Shown here piece by piece: positions 56,472-64,000 of a stretch of 64,000 nucleotides of DNA. A program made the translations under genes and the position numbers. This DNA is from an uncultured Parachlamydiaceae bacterium (GTDB taxonomy: Bacteria; Chlamydiota; Chlamydiia; Chlamydiales; Parachlamydiaceae): assembly GCA_963752155.1 (NCBI GenBank), contig CAVVXH010000006.1:217809-281808 (forward strand), read 5' to 3'. The notes beneath the pieces are model-generated. The model saw only the letters and a program-made list of their open reading frames with translations. It did not search any database and was not told the DNA's origin. The number at the start of each line of letters is the position of its first letter. Within the stretch, counting starts at the first letter, position 1.

Positions 56472-56837
56472 CTATTCCGCTTTTTTGATTTTTTGATCAG
56501 CAGTTAAAATGCAGCATTCCTTCGCATGAAGAATTTGTTCAATTCCATATACTCTTTTATCAATATCTGAAACTTTATTAGAAAGAGTTCTTACATCGTC
56601 CTTGACTTGTGTTATTTCAAGTTTTAACTCATCCTTGACTTGTTTTATTTCAAGTTTTAACTCATCCTTAACATCTTTTAACTCCTCCTTAACTTCTTTT
56701 ATTTCAAGTTTCAGATCATTCTTATTGTCTTTATTCTGTTTCCATAGAAACACCACTCCTCCAACGATCAAAATTGCGAGAGCTAGGATACCATTTGATG
56801 TGGAACAATTGGTTAAGATTTCGGCAGCATTATCCAT
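56472..56837 (-). CDS. Small membrane-anchored coiled-coil protein with internal tandem repeats
   Basis: GAAGGA SD. One TM segment (GILALAILIVGGVVFLW). Repeats LKLEIKEVKEE / LKDVKDE / LKLEIKQVKDE / LKLEITQVKDD. Confidence 0.55.
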   Translation of the reverse strand: MDNAAEILTNCSTSNGILALAILIVGGVVFLWKQNKDNKNDLKLEIKEVKEELKDVKDELKLEIKQVKDELKLEITQVKDDVRTLSNKVSDIDKRVYGIEQILHAKECCILTADQKIKKAE

Positions 56838-56929
56838 TTTTGTCCTTCTGAATTATGTTACACCCATTCTATGGAATTTTAAATTTTTACGCAAGGGATA
56901 GGCAATTTCAATTTCAAAAAATAGCGGAT

Positions 56930-58207
56930 TTACTCACTTGGAAGAATAATCCCCTTTTCTTTTTCAAGAAATTTCTCAAGCGAAAGAAGACAAACCTCAT
57001 CTCCCTGCCTTTCCCCCATATACCCATTCGCTTTATCTTTTTCTATCTTTTTCATCAATTTCCTTAACTGATCTATTGCTAATTTTAAATTTGCTTCATC
57101 CACCTCGTTCAGCTCTTCTTTACTCAACATATCAATCTTTTTCTTCAAAATTTCCACCATTTTAGAAATTCCGTGCTCTAAACCAAACACTTCATTTTCT
57201 TTTGAGTAAACTGAATTATTTCCTTCTATTTTTCTTAAATTTGCCATAGCTTCTTTAAATAATTTTATATCCGACTTATTTATATTTTCTCGTCGAGGTT
57301 CAAGTTTTACACTAAAACTAGACTTTACGCCTGTAATACCTTTTACATAATTCATTGAATGCCCAAGAAATTCATTAAAATTTTCTTTATTTCTAAATTT
57401 TTTTTTCCAAAAAGGAGGACAACCGAACTCTTCAAGCTTCACAAATGTCGTTGCATTAGAACCTGGCAATCTTGAAAAAAGAACGGAATGCTTACTCGCA
57501 GGTAGCTTGATCTCAGAATCAAAATCAACGCCACGTTGCCCTACCTTATATCCCTTGTAATGTGAAGAAATTCGACCGTAGGCTCCGCATGCGTTAAGAA
57601 AATCAGCCACACTGCCTTTTGGATCGTCAATTCTGAGCGTTCCGGAATGGTGCTCCTCTCCTTGAGAGGCGGCCATATACATTATAAACCAAACGAGCTT
57701 TTGCGCATTTTCTTTTGAAGGTTCTAACTGATTCTGTTCACCTTTTTCGTTCTTTACAAGTTCTTCTGCAATTTTCCTTCCATCATTTACTAATATTTTC
57801 ATTTCGACTTCAGTTATGTGTGAATCTGGAAGTAATTTCCTCATTCCTTCTAGGCCAACGGGATTAAAATGCATTGAACGATCTTTTTCTTCAGTGGAGA
57901 AAGAAGGTTTTGCTGCATTACGTGCTTTTTCTCTCACAGATTGATTTAAATTATTATTTAATTTACCTAAATTACAATCAGCACCTGCAAACATTTTCAA
58001 TAATTTAATAAAAGGAAAATTCATTTGTTTATTAATTCTCCGCTTATTTTTTAATTCTTTCTTTTCTACATTATTTTCATCAGCTTTCACATATAAATGA
58101 GAAGTCACTTTCTTATTTAAAGACGATATGTTTTTTTTAATTTTATTTTCATCTAACCGAATATTTGCTAATTGCTGAGATTCATGAGGTTGTTTCGGAT
58201 TAATCAT
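56930..58207 (-). CDS. Hypothetical protein (about 425 aa)
   Basis: Start moved to ATG 58207, with GGAGG 5 nt upstream. No family recognised. Confidence 0.6.
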   Translation of the reverse strand: MINPKQPHESQQLANIRLDENKIKKNISSLNKKVTSHLYVKADENNVEKKELKNKRRINKQMNFPFIKLLKMFAGADCNLGKLNNNLNQSVREKARNAAKPSFSTEEKDRSMHFNPVGLEGMRKLLPDSHITEVEMKILVNDGRKIAEELVKNEKGEQNQLEPSKENAQKLVWFIMYMAASQGEEHHSGTLRIDDPKGSVADFLNACGAYGRISSHYKGYKVGQRGVDFDSEIKLPASKHSVLFSRLPGSNATTFVKLEEFGCPPFWKKKFRNKENFNEFLGHSMNYVKGITGVKSSFSVKLEPRRENINKSDIKLFKEAMANLRKIEGNNSVYSKENEVFGLEHGISKMVEILKKKIDMLSKEELNEVDEANLKLAIDQLRKLMKKIEKDKANGYMGERQGDEVCLLSLEKFLEKEKGIILPSE

Positions 58208-58354
58208 AGCACCTCCAAAATGATTATTTATCACCACCTTTATTATATTATAAATATAATTTTTTATTATATAAAAATAACCCGAATAACCGGGCAATAA
58301 ATAAAACAATATCTATAGGGTATAGAGGAAGGCACAAAGGGATCTTACATGTAA

Positions 58355-58405
58355 AGTATCGTAACAGCTAAGAAATTGCGCAAATTTCTTAGCTGTTACG
58401 ATATC
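58355..58405. repeat. 20-bp-stem hairpin (family H)
   Basis: ATCGTAACAGCTAAGAAATT-GCGC-AAATTTCTTAGCTGTTACGAT. A half copy, AAGTATCGTCACAGCAAAGAAATTGCGCAAATT, lies at 62235-62275. Confidence 0.8.
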
Positions 58406-58478
58406 AGTCGATTTTGTTATTACTTGCGTTAATCCCGAGATCGGTTTAGAATGATATCTTTATTAACTCTGGTATCTC

Positions 58479-59519
58479 ATGAAAAAAATCGGCATTTTGT
58501 TGGTCAATCTGGGAACTCCCGCATCGCCACATCCTAAAGACGTCCGTCACTATCTCAATGAATTTTTAATGGACGGCCGCGTCATTGATAAACCCTGGCT
58601 TACCCGTTTTTTTTTAGTGCGAGGGCTCATCGTTCCCTTCCGTTATAAGAGCTCTGCAAAAGCCTATCAACAAATTTGGACGAAAGAAGGGTCTCCCCTC
58701 CTTGTCCACGGAGAAAATCTACGCAGGGACTTACAACAAGAACTCGGTGAAGACTTCATTGTAGAGATTGGGATGTGCTATCAAAATCCCTCCCTCAAAA
58801 AGGCCCTAGACACCTTACTCAAAAAAGAAGTTTCCCGTCTTTTAGTGCTCCCTCTCTATCCTCATTACGCTTCCGCCACTACAGGCTCAGTCCACCAGAA
58901 AGTTATGGGAATTTTATCCAAACAACAACTTATTCCTGAAGTCACCTTTGTAGATCACTTTTTCGATCACCCTGGCCTGATTAATGCTTTTTGTGAAGTG
59001 GCGAAAAAGCATTCTCTTTCAACATTCGATCACTTTCTATTTAGCTTCCATGGTCTGCCTGAACGTCAGCTCACAAAAGTAGATTGCCATGGCCGTTGCC
59101 TAGCCTCAAACACCTGCTGCAAAACGGTTACTCAATATAATCGATCCTGTTATTCAGCTCAATGTCATGCTACAGCGACAGCTATTGTCAAAGCCTTAGA
59201 AATCCCCCAAAAAAGCTACTCAATTTCCTTCCAATCTCGTTTAGGTAAAGAACCTTGGCTATCGCCCTATACCTCAAAAACAATTACAACTCTTGCCAAA
59301 GAGAAAAAAAACAAAATTTTAGTTTTTTGCCCTTCTTTCGTCTGCGATTGCTTAGAAACTCTCTATGAAATTGGAATTGAATACTCTCATGAATTTAAGG
59401 CCGCGGGTGGAGAAAACCTTACTCTCGTCGAAGGGCTCAACAACCATCCTAGCTGGATTCAAGGGATAAAAAACATCATTTTAGATCGCCTTCCACATCA
59501 ATATCAACAATACAAATGA
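58479..59519 (+). CDS. hemH: Ferrochelatase
   Basis: GILLVNLGTP...YLNEFL.D..VI, LPLYPHYA, and FSFHGLP motifs. Confidence 0.9.
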   Translation: MKKIGILLVNLGTPASPHPKDVRHYLNEFLMDGRVIDKPWLTRFFLVRGLIVPFRYKSSAKAYQQIWTKEGSPLLVHGENLRRDLQQELGEDFIVEIGMCYQNPSLKKALDTLLKKEVSRLLVLPLYPHYASATTGSVHQKVMGILSKQQLIPEVTFVDHFFDHPGLINAFCEVAKKHSLSTFDHFLFSFHGLPERQLTKVDCHGRCLASNTCCKTVTQYNRSCYSAQCHATATAIVKALEIPQKSYSISFQSRLGKEPWLSPYTSKTITTLAKEKKNKILVFCPSFVCDCLETLYEIGIEYSHEFKAAGGENLTLVEGLNNHPSWIQGIKNIILDRLPHQYQQYK

Positions 59520-60445
59520 TGACTTCTAGACTATCAGACAACGATCTTTTATCTTACAACCGACAAGGACTTATCCCTTCACCTGAAGAAGACGAAGACG
59601 CTTTCCTATCGCGAGTCCAATTATGCCTTGGCTTAAAGTCCCTTATAACATCTGAATGTGATCAACTCCTTCCTTTTAAACCGGAAATTCTTGATTCACA
59701 TGAACCATTTGAAGAGGCATTCAAGATCACTGGGGAACTTTACGATATATGCCCAACTTGGCTTCCTCTTTTTTTTAGTAATTATCAACTGACTCCATGG
59801 CATGGGGGCTGTGCCTGGATCTTTCAACTGCAAGAAACAGGTCCGCGAACAGCCTTTCTACAACTTCGTAAAGCCTTTGCATATAAAGATAAGTTTCTCG
59901 GACTTTACCCTCGAAATGAGCTTGTTGCCCATGAATGCGCTCATGTAGGACGCATGGGATTTGACCAAGAACAATTTGAAGAACTCCTAGCCTACCGCAC
60001 GAGTCACTCAAGATTGACTCGTTGGCTTGGGCCTATTGTTCAGTCAGCTAAAGAAAGTCTATTGTTCATAGGAATCCTAATCATACTATTTATGTTAGAC
60101 CTGTATTTCTTAGTAACCGAAAACTATGAAACTTATTTCTGGACCATGGGATTAAAAATCATTCCGTTAGGTCTTTTTATGTATGCATTAAGAAGGCTTT
60201 GGAAACGGCATCACCTCTTCAAGCGATGCCACGCTAACTTAAGTGAGGCTGTAGGAAATAACAAAACAGCTAATCACATTATTTATCGATTGACAGATGA
60301 AGAGATACGAGTATTTTCAAGCTTATCTTCAAGCAAAATACGGGATTATGCTGCAAATCCGATTTATTCATCTTCATTACGTTGGAGGGTTATTTGCTTG
60401 GCGTATCTATCTTTTTCTTTGTTAATGACTCCCACAACTTCATAA
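59516..60445 (+). CDS. Hypothetical membrane protein with an HExxH motif, coupled to hemH by an ATGA overlap
   Basis: ELVAHECAHVGR (H-E-x-x-H), followed by C-terminal hydrophobic segments. Confidence 0.55.
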   Translation: MMTSRLSDNDLLSYNRQGLIPSPEEDEDAFLSRVQLCLGLKSLITSECDQLLPFKPEILDSHEPFEEAFKITGELYDICPTWLPLFFSNYQLTPWHGGCAWIFQLQETGPRTAFLQLRKAFAYKDKFLGLYPRNELVAHECAHVGRMGFDQEQFEELLAYRTSHSRLTRWLGPIVQSAKESLLFIGILIILFMLDLYFLVTENYETYFWTMGLKIIPLGLFMYALRRLWKRHHLFKRCHANLSEAVGNNKTANHIIYRLTDEEIRVFSSLSSSKIRDYAANPIYSSSLRWRVICLAYLSFSLLMTPTTS

Positions 60446-61692
60446 CTAGGGTTGTTAAGAAAATGATTTAAGGTGTCCTGAGGAGATGTCCTTACCAAAT
60501 CTACTCTTGTATTAACAATATTATCCATCTCAGCAGAATATTTGTAGCTCATTTTTAAACTCCAAAGAGCTCTTCTTACGACATAAGAAATCTTTGCGAA
60601 AAACTTCGCAACTCCGCTCTTTTCATTTTCATCACTTTTTGGAGCAGGATTGACTTCCATGATTTGTTGGAACCGCTCATTTTTCTTCAGTTCAGCCATT
60701 TGTATCGAAAGTAATACAAATTCACTGCAAAAGAAATTTCTTCGATCCGTTATATATTGGAAAGGGACACCGTTTTTTAAATCAGAATAATATTTGAATG
60801 CACGTTGTTTAGCAAAAAATCCAAAATGACTAGAATGCCACAGCGAGCGTAATGCTTCCAAATGATTATAAGAAAATGCCGAATTTTTATCGTCTTCCGT
60901 TGACTTAACCTCGGCATCCAAATTCATTTTTAATGCACTTTGTCTTGCTTGACGCACCGATTCAACTGCAACCTCCTCATTTTTATTGCGCACAATCATA
61001 TACTGATTTTTATCAGCTAAATTAAATCGAGGATCATCAATTCTTAGACGTCGGACTTGCGGGTCATTTCCGTTCGGAAGCACAGCTTCTGCAACCCAAT
61101 GCTCTCCATTTATTTTTCCTAAATACATCGCAGTATGCGAACACTTATAGGCTTCACGATATCCTTTTTTTCCAAATAAATTCGCAAAAAAACCTTGCAG
61201 ATCACAAATAACATTATGATTATCCTCGTGATATTTTTTTACAAGGATATCACCAGGCTTAAGCATATTAGTGATTTCAGAAAGATTTTCATTATAATAA
61301 ACTTGTGTAAATTCAGAATTTGCTTGTTTTTGGGCTTCTAATTGAACCATTCCTTTTTCAAAACTCTCCGCTGGAATCTTAAATCCCATATAAGCATCTT
61401 TATATACATCCATTGTTAACTGCTTATCTGTATATGGATTAGCAATTTCAATGAATTTATTAGAAATTTTAGTTTGTTGAGCAGAGGATAAATTTCCATT
61501 CACAAGAGATTTTGCTAGTTGTTTTTTATCAATATAAAAAAAATTTTTTGATTTTTCATCCCAGACTTTCTCTGTTTGTCCAAAAAAATGTAAAAATTTG
61601 CCTACTAAACCTGTATGTTTTGCAACTGCATCAAATCGTGATGCCTGAATTGCAACGGTGAGTTGCCCTATGTTGTTTATATGTGTAATCAT
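60364..61692 (-). CDS. Protein with a permuted papain-like (YiiX / peptidase C92-like) domain
   Basis: Ordered PGDILV ... SHTAMYLG ... VAEAV ... MIVRNKN ... FFCSEFV. The His-then-Cys order is typical of permuted NlpC/P60-type folds. Confidence 0.5.
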   Translation of the reverse strand: MITHINNIGQLTVAIQASRFDAVAKHTGLVGKFLHFFGQTEKVWDEKSKNFFYIDKKQLAKSLVNGNLSSAQQTKISNKFIEIANPYTDKQLTMDVYKDAYMGFKIPAESFEKGMVQLEAQKQANSEFTQVYYNENLSEITNMLKPGDILVKKYHEDNHNVICDLQGFFANLFGKKGYREAYKCSHTAMYLGKINGEHWVAEAVLPNGNDPQVRRLRIDDPRFNLADKNQYMIVRNKNEEVAVESVRQARQSALKMNLDAEVKSTEDDKNSAFSYNHLEALRSLWHSSHFGFFAKQRAFKYYSDLKNGVPFQYITDRRNFFCSEFVLLSIQMAELKKNERFQQIMEVNPAPKSDENEKSGVAKFFAKISYVVRRALWSLKMSYKYSAEMDNIVNTRVDLVRTSPQDTLNHFLNNPSYEVVGVINKEKDRYAKQITLQRNEDE

Positions 61693-61841
61693 TTAAATCC
61701 CTATTAATATAATATTATTTATTAATCGCAAACAATCAAACTATAGTATATCATAAAATAAAATTTCAGACAAGAGCAAAATCAGTACCAATCCCTAGAC
61801 TTTTTAATTGCCATTTGATAGTGGTAAATGCTACATTTAAT

Positions 61842-62245
61842 GTATAGGAAAAATTAAACGCAAAGCGAGACAGTTGCCTGCTGCGCCCCCTATTGGGAAA
61901 TAACAAATTTTTAAAGCGCCTTGCCATTGGTGCCTGACCTGATATTCTGACATTTGCCTAAAATGTAACGTAACCTCCCAGGAGGGCAAATGTCAGAATG
62001 TCAGGTCTGGAACCAAGGCCAGAACGTTACCTCTCAGAATTAAGTATCTTGTTATTAATTGAAAACGACGCTTTTGCTTCTTTCAGTTGCGTAAAACTTG
62101 GGGGTAACGTTCCAGCCTTGGTTCCAGACCTGACATTCTGACATTTGCCCTTTAGGAAGCAATGTTATCGCATCGGCAAATGTCAGAATGTCAGGTCAGG
62201 CACCAATGGCAAGGCGCGAACTTGTTATTTAGGAGGCACAAAGAA
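61842..62245 (+). repeat. Family A element, copy A4 (same orientation as A1; right terminal repeat replaced by a family H fragment)
   Basis: Collinear with A1 from GTATAGGAAAAATTAAACGC to GGCGCGAACTTGTTATTTAGGAGGC. Confidence 0.9.
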
Positions 62246-62281
62246 GTATCGTCACAGCAAAGAAATTGCGCAAATTGTAGC

Positions 62282-64000
62282 TCATTTCCATTGAGACCAG
62301 TGATTGACACCATTATAGCTGATCTTGCGAATCGGGCCGTTCGTATACTGGAAACGTATTATTTCTTCCCCTGTACGCTCATCAATAACCACGATATTCA
62401 AACCAAAGAACAAAGCAATTAAATCTACATGTTCTAATCCCAGGTATGCTTGATTATTGCTCAAGGAATCTATAAGGAATTGAACATTCATGTTTTCTTC
62501 TTTTATACTATTATGCACGAAGGATTTTAATGTTCGATGAGTAACTCCTTCAGAATGCTTTTTTATATCCTCTGAGAGTTGTTTTCTTTTTTTAGCAGCC
62601 TCCAGGTCTTCTACTTGTCCGTAGCTATTTATCTCTCCAAAAATTGCATGGATCAAGCAATTGCCATCTCCTACTGTCGGTATTTTACCAGATAACTTAG
62701 GGCTTACCTGGCTTGTCGGAAATTGGCGCTTAGATAATGGATGCGACCCCTTCACAACTGTAGCTCCAGCAAAATTATCGCAAAAAACCCCATAAATAAG
62801 TCTTTCCGATTCATTGGCAGAGCGATAAAGATCTAATCCTTCTATAATCTTCACTAACAATTTACAATAATCATTATAAATCTTTAGTTTTGATTCAATA
62901 TTCTGTAGTTCATTTTCAACTCTTTGTTTACTATCAAGTGCTTCATTCTTCTGCCTTATGTATTCTGATTTCATCTTTTCGTTGCTTTCTGTAACTTTAT
63001 TGTGGCGTGTCCACTCTTCTTTGGCTTGCTCGATTTGTTTAATGATGCTTTTGTGTCCATTAATTATTTGTTGCTGCTGCTCAATGAGTTTTTCCAGGCT
63101 TTTTATTGTTGCTTGTTTAACTAGAATCTCATCCTTCGTAGAAAGATGATCTTTTTTCCTAACGAGGAGGTTGACTACCGCATTACAGTCTTCAGGGTAG
63201 TTATGCCATGCAGGTCTATATGAAGCCTCATAATATCCCTGAGAATGGTCATCACTAGAACTTCCACGAATATAAGCTCCCTTATAAGTTTCCTTTTTAG
63301 TTGGAATATGCTCATCTATTTTACCCAAAGGTACATCGCCTTCATGTTTGAATGGATAAGTTGTTGCCCAGCTATCCAAGTACGCAAGAAAGGATCGTGG
63401 TGCGATAGGGTTAGTTGCTTTAAGTTCTTTAAACTGGATAAGAGTCTCATCTTTACTCAAGTTATCTATTTCTTTAGATAGTTCTGATTTAATGTTTTCT
63501 AAACGAACTTTTTCCTCTTCGCACTTTTTTATCTTAGCATCATGTAGTTCTATATCTTTTTTTCTTGCTTCATTATCTCGCTGATCAGGTTGAAGTTTAA
63601 GATTTTCTAATTTGTGTAATTCAAGATCTATTCTTTTTAATTCACTATAAAGTTGTGTGAATGATTCGTTAAGTTCTGTTTTTTTCGTAAAAAGGCAGTT
63701 AAAAAACGTTGCAGTAGCACGGAGAATTGTTTTAAATGCAAAATCTCCATCGGTCACAAGATTGTTCATCATAAACGATTCAGAGGATAAGCCTCCATTG
63801 TCCTTCTCCCATTTTTCAATTTTCTCTCTAGTTTCTGACTTGCTAAAATCGGCAATAAGAATTCTTTTTTCTGAAGATTTCAAATCCTTTAAAATCTGTA
63901 TTTGTTCCTGAAAAGAGAAGATAGGCTCAGCTTGCTCTTGAGACAACACTTTTCCAATCTTATCTTTCGCATCCCTCTCCCAAACATCTGAATTGATCCA
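62282..64000 (-). CDS. Coiled-coil protein with a C-terminal OTU-like cysteine protease (deubiquitinase-type) domain; N-terminus probably outside the window
   Basis: Cys box VGDGNCLIHAIFG and C-terminal His box YNGVNHWSQW. The frame stays open from the listed GTG (63949) to nt 64000. Confidence 0.7.
   Translation of the reverse strand, partial: WINSDVWERDAKDKIGKVLSQEQAEPIFSFQEQIQILKDLKSSEKRILIADFSKSETREKIEKWEKDNGGLSSESFMMNNLVTDGDFAFKTILRATATFFNCLFTKKTELNESFTQLYSELKRIDLELHKLENLKLQPDQRDNEARKKDIELHDAKIKKCEEEKVRLENIKSELSKEIDNLSKDETLIQFKELKATNPIAPRSFLAYLDSWATTYPFKHEGDVPLGKIDEHIPTKKETYKGAYIRGSSSDDHSQGYYEASYRPAWHNYPEDCNAVVNLLVRKKDHLSTKDEILVKQATIKSLEKLIEQQQQIINGHKSIIKQIEQAKEEWTRHNKVTESNEKMKSEYIRQKNEALDSKQRVENELQNIESKLKIYNDYCKLLVKIIEGLDLYRSANESERLIYGVFCDNFAGATVVKGSHPLSKRQFPTSQVSPKLSGKIPTVGDGNCLIHAIFGEINSYGQVEDLEAAKKRKQLSEDIKKHSEGVTHRTLKSFVHNSIKEENMNVQFLIDSLSNNQAYLGLEHVDLIALFFGLNIVVIDERTGEEIIRFQYTNGPIRKISYNGVNHWSQWK

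Noticed and set aside
1-64000. tRNA, rRNA, transposase/IS or prophage genes
   Set aside because: No cloverleaf-like or rRNA-like sequence was seen in the gene-free gaps. No DDE/serine/tyrosine recombinase-like ORF was seen. The repeat families are non-autonomous.

Overview
AT-rich bacterial chromosome segment. Conserved housekeeping genes are interleaved with accessory genes that look like eukaryote-targeting effectors. Housekeeping genes: hemA, kbl-tdh, dnaN-recF, miaB, rplM-rpsI, tamA-tamB, nrdB-nrdA, mlaEFD, yqgE and hemH. Accessory genes: an ankyrin+SET protein, an OTU-type cysteine protease, a large Sel1-repeat protein, three tandem ~594-aa paralogs, Inc-like bilobed membrane proteins and a secreted tandem 2H-phosphoesterase-like protein. 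This gene content, the clear Shine-Dalgarno sites and the AT-richness suggest an amoeba-associated intracellular bacterium such as an environmental chlamydia (Parachlamydiaceae-like). That assignment is inference only. The most striking feature is non-coding. Almost every intergenic region longer than ~100 bp holds long palindromic repeats from at least eight recurring families. These include a ~0.5 kb modular nested-palindromic element (4 copies, each abutting the 3' end of a CDS), ~0.3 kb long-arm palindromes that bracket the ankyrin-SET cassette, and palindromes built from short tandem repeats (AAGGAC-type and 9-mer arrays). Some palindromes sit inside the loops of others. Also present are two decayed genes (a glycoside hydrolase and an AAA ATPase), a tamB reading frame broken at an A10 run, and near-identical 213-bp tandem repeats inside the Sel1 gene. 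I saw no rRNA, tRNA, CRISPR array or transposase gene. All product calls come from motif recognition by eye; no database search was run.
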